NCBI GenBank assembly: GCA_031835245.2
Contig: JAVKOQ020000047.1
Span: 186,001-250,000, forward strand
From: Balamuthia mandrillaris
Taxonomy: Eukaryota
Reading direction: 5' to 3'
DNA: 64,000 nt
Position numbers and translations under genes: made by a program. The notes under the pieces were generated by a model that was not told the DNA's origin, made no database searches, and saw only the letters and a program-made list of their open reading frames with translations. Of the stretch, positions 25,147 through 36,460 are shown in pieces (the first letter of the stretch is position 1; every line of letters starts with the position of its first letter).

Positions 25147-25573
25147 CTTTGTCACCCCTTTGTCGCTCCTTGGTCTCGCACACTCTTTTTCTTTCTTCTG
25201 CGAGTCCTCCCTCGCACGTCACAGTCACCCACCACAAAGGGAGGAAGCAAGAGCGAGGCCAAAAAAGGTGTTTGCAGACAAATGGGTAAGGCAGATTGAA
25301 TGCTTCCTATTGGTTGATTTTATGAACGACGACAACTCAGGTCGTGCACAGTTTGCTCTCCACGAAAAAAACCTATTAGGTGGAACGAGCCTGTGGTCTG
25401 AGAGGAGAGAGGAGAACTGTGAAGAGAGAGGAAGGGGGAGGGAGAGAGGTGCCAAGTAAGACGGAAAGAAGAACATTGGCAGCTTAACTAGCATGGCCTC
25501 GCTGGTCAGTTGTTCTCAAGTCTGCCTGTTATTCACAAAATACAAAAGACGGTCCTTACACCAAAAGATGACT

Positions 25574-26319
25574 TCACGGTCGCTGTTGCTGTTGCTGTTG
25601 CTGTGACGAGGAAGAAGGGCCTGAATGTTGTTGCCGTGGTTGCGTGGACGAAGAAGAAGGAGGAGGCAAGGACACGCCTGCACTCTCCATCAAGTCCCCC
25701 ATTGACTTTTCCAATTGAGTGATCCTTGCTCCCATGTCATCGACTAAACACACCGACCGTATTGATGTTGTTGTGTTGGTTCAACAAACAGAAAAAAAAA
25801 TAGAAAAAGCAAAAGAAAAGGCATACTCTTGCCAAGAATGGCGTCTGACATTTGCTCAAAACGAAGTTGCTGGTTGATAAAACAACGGTGTAGCGAGTTA
25901 GCAAACAGTTCTGCAAAGAAGCAGAACAAGAAGAACGGGTAGAACAAGAAGGAGGGAAAGAAAATGAACAAGAACAAGCAGAACAAGAACGAGAGGACAC
26001 GAAAAAGCATAACAGGAGCAAGAACAAGAACAAACAGCAGAGTAGAAAAAAGGAAGAAAGAAAAAAAAACGAGGATAGGACATACCATTTGTTGAAGCAC
26101 CGTTTCCACCTTTGAAAGAAGAGGGGTTAATCACACACAGCAGGGAAGGAAATTATTGGAATACCAAGAGAAAGAGAGTACCATGACGTTCAAGTCTTGC
26201 TGTTGTTGGGAAGACGGAGGCACATCGTCTTGCGCGCCAGCGGTCGGCCTGCGTGCAGGAACATTGGTATCCGCATCGCCGCTTCTGCCACTGCAGCTGT
26301 CTTCTTTCTCGCTACTCAT
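25574..26319 (-). CDS. HSBP1: Heat shock factor binding protein 1 (HSBP1) family
   Basis: Spliced product DLNVM/VETVLQQM/QLRFEQMSDAILGK/xDDMGARITQLEKSMGDLM matches the HSBP1 coiled-coil consensus. Confidence 0.85.
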
Positions 26320-26547
26320 TTTGCTTTTTCTCTTTTTTTTTTTTCAAACCATTCAGGACGACATGAATCTAAAAATCGAGACGACCCGAGTAGTCTTTTG
26401 CCAAAATTTTTAAGAGGGTTCATTTTAAGGTGATTGCAATTTCGCACAATCGATCTACCCCTCAGCCCCGTTTTTGGTTTTTTTTTCGTTCTCGTCAAAC
26501 TATTGCCAACATAACAACAACACCAGCTACACTACAGCAACCCCCCC

Positions 26548-27801
26548 ATGGCACACACGTTGAACGGCTCGAACGACTTGGAGAAGCTGGAGGACCTCTC
26601 CAGCAAGACCTACAAGGAACAGGCCGTGTGGTTCCTCAATGCCTTCTGGGAGGACTTTGCCAAAGATGAGGCGGAGCGCCTGTGGAAGTTCAAGCACCAG
26701 TGCGACGAGCTGGACCACGCCAAGAAGGCCCAGGGCTGCGCTCTGGACGAGCTGCAGGCCCACCGCTTCCTCGAAAAATTCAACGAGACCATGACCGTCC
26801 AGTCCATGAGAGACAAGCTGCGGTCCACAGGAGCCATCGGTGCCAAGGTCAAGCTGGTCCCCTTGATCCACATCCTCATCATCCGCTTCAACGTGGACTG
26901 GCACACCCTGGTCAACGCCCCCCAAGGTAGCAAGGAGGAGATCGCCAAGGCTCAACAGCTGTTGGACGAAGTGCAGGCCGCCTTCCAGGAGGCCGAGGCC
27001 CGTGCAGAGGAGGCCGCTGCTGCCTTGAAGGAAGCTCAGGCAAGAGAAGCTGACGCCAAAGCCCGAGAGGCGGACGCCAAGGCCAGAGAAGCCGAGGCCA
27101 AGGCCGCTGAGGCCGATGCCAAGGCCAGAGAAGCCGAAGCTCACTCCCGCGCGGAGGAGGCCAAAGCCACCGAGGCTGAGGCAGTGGCCAAGGAGGAGGA
27201 GCTGAGGGCAGCCAAGGAGGAGCAGGAAGCGGCGTTGGCGGAGGTGAAGGCTCAAGAGGATGCCTACAACAACAAGACGGCAGAGCTGAAGAGAGCCAGC
27301 GAGGAAGGCGGTTTGGTCTCTCGCAACAAGGCCAAGAACGAGCTGGCCCAACACTTGCAGGAGGACCCTCTTCCCTTGCGTCGTGCCAAGATCACTCTGG
27401 AGGCTGCTGTGAAGAAGGCTGAGAAGGCTGCTCAGATCGCTGCTGATGCTCGCTCTGCTGCTGAGGAGTCAGCCAGGCAGGCCGAGGCTGCTGCCCAACA
27501 AGCCAGCAGCGCTAGAGCAGCTGCCGAACAAGCCGCCCGACAGGCAGAGCAAGCCAGAGCCCAGGCCGAGCAGGCCAGAGCGCAAGCAGAGCAGGCCAGG
27601 CAACACTCGGAGAGGGCCAAGGAAGCAGCTGAGGAAGCGTTGGAGGAGGCCAAGAGGAAAGTGGAGGAGGCAGAGGCGTACTTGCAGGAGGTGAAGGCTC
27701 GTCTGCCGCAGGGAGCCATCTGGTGGATGGAAAGGGAGTTGCACGAGGCGAGGGCGTATTTGCCCAAGAGCAAGGGTGGTTACAACAAGAACGAGAAGTA
27801 A
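26548..27801 (+). CDS. ABP34-like coiled-coil protein, copy 2
   Basis: 417 aa intronless ORF with the same motifs as copy 1 (QAVWFLNAFW, QGAIWWMEREL). Confidence 0.8.
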   Translation: MAHTLNGSNDLEKLEDLSSKTYKEQAVWFLNAFWEDFAKDEAERLWKFKHQCDELDHAKKAQGCALDELQAHRFLEKFNETMTVQSMRDKLRSTGAIGAKVKLVPLIHILIIRFNVDWHTLVNAPQGSKEEIAKAQQLLDEVQAAFQEAEARAEEAAAALKEAQAREADAKAREADAKAREAEAKAAEADAKAREAEAHSRAEEAKATEAEAVAKEEELRAAKEEQEAALAEVKAQEDAYNNKTAELKRASEEGGLVSRNKAKNELAQHLQEDPLPLRRAKITLEAAVKKAEKAAQIAADARSAAEESARQAEAAAQQASSARAAAEQAARQAEQARAQAEQARAQAEQARQHSERAKEAAEEALEEAKRKVEEAEAYLQEVKARLPQGAIWWMERELHEARAYLPKSKGGYNKNEK

Positions 27802-27994
27802 AGCCACCAATCACCTTTTTTTTTGTACTCTGTACTGTATTTACTGGATAGATGTGAGCTTAACTACCATTCTTCTCTTGCATCGTTTCCCTTCTTCTTC
27901 TTGTTCTTCTTCTTCTTCTTCTTCTTCTTCTTCTTCTTCTTCTTCTTCTTCTTCTTCTTCTTCTTCTTCTTCTTCTTCTTCTTCCTTGTCCCAT

Positions 27995-28034
<40 letters not shown>

Positions 28035-28257
28035 CTCTCTCTCTTTCTCGCCTACCTTCCACTAGTCCTCACCGCTGTCCTCTCCTTGTGTGCACCCATA
28101 TGAAAATGAACCCTCAATGGAATTCTTTTATTGCGGTGCTTCTCCGCTGCCCCCTTTTTGTTTTTTTTTGCCGCATTCACACTCGGCACTACGCAAAACG
28201 TAACACCCGCACAACAGCAACGCGCTCGCTACCGGCAAAAACGACAACAAAAACACA

Positions 28258-29469
28258 ATGGCTCAAGTGCTGAACGGCTCGAACGACTTGGAGAAGCTGG
28301 AGGACCTCTCCAGCAAGACCTACAAGGAACAGGCCGTGTGGTTCCTCAATGCCTTTTGGGAGGACTTTGCCAAGGAGGAGGCGGAGCGCCTGTGGAAGTT
28401 CAAGCACCAGTGCGACGAGCTGGACCACGCCAAGAAGGCCCAGGGTTGCGCTCTGGACGAGCTGCAGGCCCACCGCTTCCTCGAAAAATTCAACGAGACC
28501 ATGACCGTCCAGTCCATGAGAGACAAGCTGCGGTCCACAGGAGCCATCGGTGCCAAGGTCAAGCTGGTCCCCTTGATCCACATTCTCATCATCCGCTTCA
28601 ACGTGGACTGGCACACCCTGGTCAATGCTCCCCAAGGCAGCAAGGAGGAGATCGCCAAGGCTCAACAGCTGTTGGACGAAGTGCAGGCCGCCTTCCAGGA
28701 GTCTGAGGCCAGAGCCGCTGAGGCCGCCGCTGCCTTGAAGGAGGCTAAAGCAAGAGAGGCGGACGCCAAGGCCAGGGAAGCCGAGGCCAAGGCCGCTGAG
28801 GCCGACGCCAAGGCCAGAGAAGCGGAAGCCCACTCCCGCGCGGAGGAGGCCAAAGCCACCGAGGCTGAGGCAGTGGCCAAGGAGGAGGAGCTGAGAGCGG
28901 CCAAGGAGGAGCAGGAAGCGGCGTTGGCGGAGGTGAAGGCTCAAGAGGATGCCTACAACAACAAGACGGCAGAGCTGAAGAGAGCCAGCGAGGAAGGCGG
29001 TTTGGTCTCTCGCAACAAGGCCAAGAACGAGCTGGCCCAACACTTGCAGGAGGACCCTCTCCCCTTGCGTCGTGCCAAGATCACCCTGGAGGCTGCTGTG
29101 AAGAAGGCTGAGAAGGCTGCTCAGATCGCTGCTGATGCTCGCTCTGCTGCCGAGGAGTCAGCCAGGCAGGCCGAGGCTGCTGCCCAACAAGCTAGCAGCG
29201 CCCGCGCCGCCGCGGAGCAAGCCGCCAGGCAAGCCGAGCAAGCCAGAGCGCAAGCAGAGCAGGCCAGGCAACACTCGGAGAGGGCCAAGGAAGCAGCTGA
29301 GGAAGCGTTGGAGGAGGCCAAGAGGAAAGTGGAGGAGGCAGAGGCGTACTTGCAGGAAGTGAAGGCTCGTCTGCCGCAGGGAGCCATCTGGTGGATGGAA
29401 AGGGAGTTGCATGAGGCGAGGGCGTATTTGCCCAAGAGCAAGGGTGGTTACAACAAGAACGAGAAGTAA
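28258..29469 (+). CDS. ABP34-like coiled-coil protein, copy 3 (tandem with copy 2)
   Basis: 403 aa intronless ORF, nearly identical to copy 2 but two heptads shorter. Confidence 0.8.
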   Translation: MAQVLNGSNDLEKLEDLSSKTYKEQAVWFLNAFWEDFAKEEAERLWKFKHQCDELDHAKKAQGCALDELQAHRFLEKFNETMTVQSMRDKLRSTGAIGAKVKLVPLIHILIIRFNVDWHTLVNAPQGSKEEIAKAQQLLDEVQAAFQESEARAAEAAAALKEAKAREADAKAREAEAKAAEADAKAREAEAHSRAEEAKATEAEAVAKEEELRAAKEEQEAALAEVKAQEDAYNNKTAELKRASEEGGLVSRNKAKNELAQHLQEDPLPLRRAKITLEAAVKKAEKAAQIAADARSAAEESARQAEAAAQQASSARAAAEQAARQAEQARAQAEQARQHSERAKEAAEEALEEAKRKVEEAEAYLQEVKARLPQGAIWWMERELHEARAYLPKSKGGYNKNEK

Positions 29470-29527
29470 ATAACGGCAATTGCCACCTTGCTCTGTACTG
29501 TAATAAGAGTGAACATTTGCTTTCGTT

Positions 29528-29570
<43 letters not shown>

Positions 29571-29628
29571 GCTCTCTCCGCTCACGTGAATAACCCGAGT
29601 TAACAAGAAAACGCCAAAAGAAAAGGAG

Positions 29629-31170
29629 CTAAAGATTTGATAGTTTTTCTAGTAAAACACACCCACCGCTTTGAAGCACATCAGGAGGAAGATCACAGAG
29701 TTTGGTGGCATTTGGCATAGGCTCCCCTGTGTTCACTGATATCAAGTACAGTTTCTTTCCAAACAATAACATGAGTCAAACAGACAAGCGTTGCAAGAAG
29801 CAGGAAAAAGAACGAAGAGAGGAGGTTACCTCAGCACCCATTTTGTTATTGAGATTCTCGATGCGACCAGCATCAGCGATGATGTCCAGCACTTTGCCAA
29901 CGACGTGGTTCTTGTTGAAGAACATCATCTTTGGTTGGACTTTGCTGTCCATTGGGAAAAGCACTTCTAAGTAGTACCGATTCTCTGCCGGTATCCTCTC
30001 ATCGCCCTGCGAAAGAAACGTATCGTGAGAAGCGAAAAAAGAAATAGAAGAGAAGCAGGAATGCAGAATGAGGAGAGAAAGAGAGAGAAAGAGAGAGAGA
30101 AGAATAAGAAATAGCGAAACCTTGGCAGTTGACTTCATGCGCATGAGTTGCACTTTAGCACTTTGTTTCTTATTTCGATGATTCTTCAAAAAACCTTCTA
30201 TACGACTTAACACAGAAGCTTGGCGTTGTTTGTGCTTTTGTAGCTCCTCAGCTCTGGCAGGAGATACTGAAGCGGAGGATTCGGGCGAGTTGCTGGGATC
30301 GTTCTTGCATCGATGATCTGAAGGTGCTCTGTGCCTATTGTGTGTTTAGTTATTTATGAGTTAGTCTCTCTATCTGCCTCTCTCTCTCTCTCTCTCTCTC
30401 TATTTAGTTTGTTTCTTGTTTTGGCCTCTCTTCTCATTTTTACAATGTGGTGGGTGTAAGTACCGCAAACAAAAGTTCTTTCTGCAGTATGGACAGATGA
30501 CAGGAACCAATTCGCCGCCCTTGCACGTCTTCACGGAACATGGATTCGACTTCTCAGGTTTGGTAGTCTCAGTCGTTGGACATCCCGCTTGAATGTGTTC
30601 ATCCATCTGCACATACTGAGCATTAGAGATGACGAAAAGGAGAAAGCAGAAAGAAGAATGAAGCATGAAGCATGAAGCATGAAAGAAAGAACTGAGAGGA
30701 AAGGAAACGAAAGAGAACGTTGGCAAGAGAAAAGAATTCGAGCAGGACAGAGGAGAAAAAAATAAGAAGAAAAGCAACAAAGAGGAAGCACCTTTGCGTT
30801 GACATCCTCGCCGGGGGCTACGCGCACAAGTGCGCCACACAATGGACATGAAGGCAAAACTTTCTAAAGCAAAAAAAAGGAGGTGTGGTGGTTTCAGTAT
30901 TCACAACAACCTTCCCAAGAAGAAGAAGAACATGTGTAGTGGTACCACTTACGTCTCTTGTTTCATGCAACTCGCACTGGTGGTCTTTGTATTTGTGATG
31001 CTCCAAACAAAAGATCCTGTGGCAAGCGTCGCAGGTGAACGGCAAAAAATCTAAGCTTTGCGCGTCAGCAAAACCAACATGATAAGAAATGTGGATGGAG
31101 AGAAAACGTGCGTACCCAGCTGCTTGCAGTCACGCTTTGAACACTGCTTGCCAAGCGAAGGGAACTCCAT
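29629..31170 (-). CDS. AN1-type zinc finger protein (ZFAND1/ZFAND2-like) with C-terminal ubiquitin-like domain
   Basis: MEFPSLGKQCSKRDCKQL/DFLPFTCDACHRIFCLEHH, CPLC..MDEHIQAGC, second AN1 finger CSVKTC..CPYCRKNFCL and C-terminal LMRMKSTAKGDERIP..VGKVLD. Confidence 0.9.
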
Positions 31171-31334
31171 CACACACACCGACCCCTTTCTTCCTTTCAA
31201 TCTTTTCTGCGGAATGACAACCATGAAAGGCATGCAATGTCGACAATTTTATCGATGACGTGGCACATCTTCAGATTTTAAAATATGCAAGTAATTTGAG
31301 GAATGCTAAGAATTTAGAAAACAAAGAAGAAAAA

Positions 31335-32521
31335 ATGCAACAGAAGAAAAGAGTAGCGGTGATAGGAGCTGGCGCTGCTGGCCTCGTAGCTGCCCGCTAC
31401 TTAAGGGAGGCTGGGTTCGACGTGGAGGTCCACGAGTACAGCGACCGCGTGGGTGGCACCTGGGTCTACACCGACGACACCGAGGAGGAAGAGCAGAAAT
31501 GGCTGCTGGAAGCAGCGGGGGAGCAGCATGACGGCAGCGCCTCTCCAAAGGTCTTCAGCAGCATGTACCGCAGCTTGAGGACCAACCTCCCCAAGGAAAT
31601 AATGGCCTTCAGCGACTTCCCTTTTGACCCTTCCATAGAAAGCTCCTTCGTTACGCACGACCAAGTCAGAGACTATCTTCAAGACTACGCTGCTCACCAC
31701 CAACTTTTGTCGCTGATCCGCTTCAACAGCACTGTTCGTTGTGTTGAGCCTTTTTCCAGTGAGGGAGACGGCTGTCAGCGTTGGCGAGTCGCAACTGCAC
31801 CTACTACATCGACATGTAATGGCCAACAACAGCATGAAACGCATTCTGTTGCGGACGCGGTGGTTGTCTGTAATGGTCACTTCTCGCAGCCTTACTATCC
31901 CTTTATACCCGGCTTGAAGGTGACCTTTTCTTTCTCCTTCGTGTTGTTTGTTTTATGTTTCGTTTTTTTTTTCGGTGCTAACACTCGACACAAATACCTC
32001 AACGAAAGGACTTTCCAGGAACGGTGACTCACAGCCACAACTACCGAAACCCTCAACACGAGAGTTTTGTGGACAAGACCGTTTTGGTGGTGGGCAGCGG
32101 CGCCTCCGCTGTCGACATTTCAAAAGAAGTAGCGACAGTGGCTAGCAAGGTCATCGTTTGCATTCGAAAGCAAACACTCAAGGCCTCTTCTTCTGATCGT
32201 TTGGAGGTCATGACAGACGCTTTCTCCAGAGAAATGGACAACTTGGAAAAGCGTTACAACACAACCATCAAAAGTTTGCGGTCTGATGGAAAAGTTGAGT
32301 TTTGTGAGGAGGGAGATGAGACAACCATAACAACTGAGATAGTGGTGGATACCATTTTGCTTTGTACAGGATACCTTTACCACTACCCATTTCTGAGCCC
32401 GTCGTGTGGAGTGGGATTAACTCCTCCAGAAGAAGATAGTCCTTCTCAAGTTCGTACGTTTGATTCTTCCCTTTGCTTTTTCTTTTTTGATTGGTTTTCT
32501 TTTTTTAATTTGTCTCTTGTT

Positions 32522-32564
<43 letters not shown>

Positions 32565-33179
32565 GTTTCTCTTTCGCTTGTTTCGGTAAAAGTTAATCCT
32601 AGTTTGCTATTTTTTTGAAACACAGAAGGAGGCGTGAGAGTAAAACCTTTGTACAAACATATCTTTCATGCTAGGCATCCCTCTCTCTGCTTCATTGGTC
32701 TCTGCTTCAAAGTGCTTCCATTCCCATGCTTTGAAGTTCAAACCCGATGTGTAGTTGCTGCCTTCTCTTCGCTTCTTCATCACCAAACTACCCAAACAAA
32801 CGAAGCAGAAAACGGAAGAAAAGAAGATAAAAGCTTCATTCCATCCATAGAAACAATGCAGAAAGGATACATGGAAGAGGAGCAACAAAGAGAAGAGTTG
32901 CATATACCTGAAAGAAAAGCCCACATGTTAGGTGGCAAGCAGTGGCAGTATTACAAGACATTGGAACAGATCTTTAACTTGACGCCACTGTTTCAGGATT
33001 GGAACGTTTTGGAAGAGATTTACAACGATGTGGCTCGTTCTCGCATCACATCACCGGATCATTACCGAGAAAGAAACTATCAATTGCTGCGGGAAGGAGG
33101 TGAAGAGGAAGAGAAGAATGGAGAAGGAAGGAAGAGAAGTACAGTCAAATGGACTTGCAAAGAGCCATCCTTAGCCTAA
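31335..33179 (+). CDS. Flavin-containing monooxygenase (FMO)
   Basis: VAVIGAGAAG, GGTWVY, SSMYRSLRTNLP, VCNGHF, F/xGTVTHSHNYR, VLVVGSGASAVD and CTGY. Confidence 0.95.
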
Positions 33180-33219
33180 CTTATCAAGCATAGAGAGAGA
33201 GAGAAGAAGGAAAGACTGT

Positions 33220-33890
33220 TTAGGAGACGGTTGCAAAGGCAGGAGCATAACGAAGAAGACCCCTGGGAGCAGCACCAGAAGATAGAATACCTTCCTTCAC
33301 TTCCAACACCATAAATGATTCTTTTTGTTGTTGAAGAGAAGAAATAAGAAAAATGGAACAACAAGAAGAAAACGGAGTTGCATACCATCATCAACAGGAA
33401 AAGGAGCCTCTAGCCCAAACTGCCGAGCCGGTTTAAACCCAAACTTTGGATAATACTCAGCGTGGCCCACCACAACGACGGCCAATGGATACCTCTCTTG
33501 GTCGCGCCTCACGATGGCCAGAGCGTGTCGTATAAGCTGTGAGCCGATCCCTCTTCGTTGAAAGCGCGGAGAGACAGCCACAGGAGCAAGGGCTAGCACA
33601 TGCCCGCACGCGCGCCCGCTGCTGTCGAGCACTTCCGCGCGACTGAAAGAGATGTAGCCAACGATGGTTTCAGCATCCTTTTCCTCGTTCTTCATGGTCG
33701 CCACGAGCGCGAGTTCAGGATAGAAAGCGCCCGCAGAGCCGCTGCGAAGGGCCTTTACCAGAGCGGCCTCCTCGGGTCCTCCAAAAGCGTCACGAAGGAC
33801 CTCAGTGACGACATCGCCATCGGCAGTTGGAGCTTCCGGTCGGATGGAGACTTGGCTGGAGGACCTCTCGTGTTCTTCTACGCCCAACAT
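33220..33890 (-). CDS. GNAT N-acetyltransferase (YhbS-like)
   Basis: IRPE..AFGGPEEAALVKALR, LAPVAVSPRFQRRGIGSQLI, VVVGHAEYYPKFGF; after one intron SFMVLEV...LRYAPAF. Confidence 0.9.
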
Positions 33891-34119
33891 AGCGGCGGCG
33901 TTTTTATTATTCGCCTTTTTCGTTGGTGCACCACACACATAAACGAACCAGAGCAATTCTTGTCCCGAAATGCGTTGAGAATGGGCCTGGATAAAGAGGG
34001 ATAGCTGTGCTTGCTTTGTGTCTTCTTTGGCAGCGGATCCATTTTTCGTGGAACTCAGGGGCACAGGACGCGCCGACGAGAAGAAGAACTAAAGTTAGAG
34101 AGAAAGAAAGAAAACGCCA

Positions 34120-35034
34120 ATGGCCACCTCGTTTCTGGTAGACATGCTCCTCGGCGGCCTCTCCGCTGGCATCGCCAAGCTCGCCGCCGCCCCTCTTGAA
34201 AACATCAAGCTTCTCAAACAATGCCAACACTATCGCTCCCCCCTGACCGACCGCATCGAACCCAAATACTCTGAAGCCTACCTGGGCATCCCGCTGCTCC
34301 TGGAGCTCCCAAGAAGAACAGGCTCCTACCAGTCCTTGTTCGGCGGCACTATCGTCAACTTGCTTCGCTACTTTCCTACGCAGGCCCTCAACTTTGCCCT
34401 CAAAGACTACCTCCGTAACCTTCTCCCCACGGTGCGTCGCGACCGCGGCTTCCTCCTCAACTTCTTGTCCTTGCTGGCCAGCGGCGGCGCGGCCGGCGCC
34501 CTCAGCCTCGCGGTGGTCTACCCTCTGGACACTCTGCGCACCCACATGGGCCTCAACGCCATGCTGGAGAGGCCTCTCTACACGGGCTACTGGGACTGCA
34601 TCAAGCAGCTCGTCAGTAACAACCCCTTGGCTCTCTATGCCGGCTTTCAGGTCTCCGTTCTTGGCATCATCTTCTACAGGGGTTTCTACTTTGGTCTGTA
34701 CGACGGGTTGAGACCCGTTCGTGACCAGCTGGACCGTTTCTTCCCTAGGAACTCCTTGTGGCAGACCAGCAGTCGCTTCGTGTTTGCCGTCGCCGTGTCC
34801 TCTGCCGCTGGCTTCATCACTTATCCCTTTGATACGATCCGTCGCTGTCAGATGCTCACTGGAAAGAGCTTGATTGGAGCCACGGTTGCCATTGTGGAGG
34901 AAGGAGGCGGCTGCACGGCTTTGTGGACCGGAGCTGGAGAGAACGTGCTAAGGACCATCCTGTCCTCGCTCGTGTTGGTAGGATACGACATGGCAAAGAG
35001 CATCGTTGCGCCCAGCAAACCCAAGCACACTTGA
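34120..35034 (+). CDS. Mitochondrial carrier family, divergent ADP/ATP-translocase-like protein
   Basis: Three carrier motifs (PLENIK, PLDTLR, PFDTIRR), RYFPTQALNFA, LASGGAAGALSL and YRGFYFGLYD. Intronless. Confidence 0.88.
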   Translation: MATSFLVDMLLGGLSAGIAKLAAAPLENIKLLKQCQHYRSPLTDRIEPKYSEAYLGIPLLLELPRRTGSYQSLFGGTIVNLLRYFPTQALNFALKDYLRNLLPTVRRDRGFLLNFLSLLASGGAAGALSLAVVYPLDTLRTHMGLNAMLERPLYTGYWDCIKQLVSNNPLALYAGFQVSVLGIIFYRGFYFGLYDGLRPVRDQLDRFFPRNSLWQTSSRFVFAVAVSSAAGFITYPFDTIRRCQMLTGKSLIGATVAIVEEGGGCTALWTGAGENVLRTILSSLVLVGYDMAKSIVAPSKPKHT

Positions 35035-35180
35035 AAGAAACACCGCATCGCATAGTGTAACAAACAAACGTTATAGTCGAGAGACACGGCCTGGGCATGC
35101 CCTCGACTTGTTGTAGGGAGGGAGGAGACTTTTGTGCTATTTCTGTTTTTGGTTTTGTGGTTTATCCTAAAATGCTATAT

Positions 35181-35771
35181 TTACATGTGCTTACTCTCCA
35201 GTTCCCTACAGTGCCTCTTCTCTGGGCGAGCATCTTCATCCAGCCTCATCTTCTTTCGCTTCCTAGAGTTGGCCTTCTGATGCTGCTCCTTCTTCTTGTT
35301 CTTCTTCTTCTCCTTTGCTGGCTTTCTTTTGTGTGGGCGTCGTAGATACTTGAGCCCAGAGCCAATGGGAGGCACTCTTCCTCCTGGCATCTCGTCTTCA
35401 TGACAACAAAAAGAGCATGGCGGGCTCGTGTCGTACGCCCACATGCCAACCGCCGAAGAATACTGCACAGTACCAACCTCGCCGTCACTGCCAAAGAGGA
35501 TCTCCTCCAAGAGGTCCAGCTCGCTGGGGTGCTTCTGTTCGGGCAGGGGCGTTTCAGAAGGGGTTGCCATGAAGGCGGCCTCGTCCTTGAGGGGCTCCTC
35601 CGTGTAGACCAGCGGAGGAGGAGAAAGCAGAGGAGCACAATACAATGGAGAAGCAGCGTCTTGCGGGGGTCTCGTCCAAAAATCTTCGGACCAGGCATCT
35701 GGGGGTGGCTCCTGAGAGGACAGCAGGTCTGCATCGAGTCCTGCAAAGTAGCCTAATCGGTGGTAGGCCAT
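35181..35771 (-). CDS. Hypothetical protein, acidic/Pro-rich N-terminus and basic NLS-like C-terminus
   Basis: 196 aa ATG-initiated ORF; no family recognised. Confidence 0.5.
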   Translation of the reverse strand: MAYHRLGYFAGLDADLLSSQEPPPDAWSEDFWTRPPQDAASPLYCAPLLSPPPLVYTEEPLKDEAAFMATPSETPLPEQKHPSELDLLEEILFGSDGEVGTVQYSSAVGMWAYDTSPPCSFCCHEDEMPGGRVPPIGSGLKYLRRPHKRKPAKEKKKNKKKEQHQKANSRKRKKMRLDEDARPEKRHCRELESKHM

Positions 35772-36460
35772 GGTGGTTCAGCGCTGGCCTCAGTGCGTAT
35801 GAGAGAGGTTGTTAATGGTTTGGAGTAGTGATGCAGGGAATGAAGTTCAACAACAAACCAAAATAATTAAAAAAACGCACTGAACACTGAAGGTACAACT
35901 ATGAGTGCATAGTCTGATGTCGTTAGCGGAGAGCAACCTGTCATGCACGTTCCGTCAGCAAGCGAGGTAACGGTGTCAAAAGATGAAAACGCCAACAGTT
36001 GGCCAAAGTCAACGATTTCGCCGCTCCTTTCCAAAAAACGTGATGTCATGGAAAGGTTGTCACCGCTCCTTTCAAACAGATTTGAAGCATACACAACTTG
36101 ACCGCCTGAGCGGCTGCAGGTTGTAGGCGAGGTCGAACGGCTACAACTGCCGCATGAAAAAGATTCAAGGGTTGGTGGTGGTTCAACCCTGCCGGAATAA
36201 GGGCGGAAGGCGGCAAGCATGTGACGGACAAGACGCTGTCACCGTTACCGCTCAAACATGTGCGTGTTTTGGAGGACCGCACGGATGGCCAAGAAATGGA
36301 GAAAGCCATCTGTGCCGTGCTCTCTAGTGCCAAAAGGGTCTGCCGTCACGATCAGAGGCAAAATTTCCAAAAATAGAAGCAATATCCATTTTCAGACGAT
36401 TCGACTCCTCGTATTACATTCTTTGAGTTCTTCAGCCTTCTCTAGTTTCTTGGGACGACA

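Noticed and set aside
35867..36333. ORFs with a duplicated CCGCTCCTTTC word (ERSG twice)
   Set aside because: Short duplication, non-ATG starts and no recognisable domain; insufficient support.
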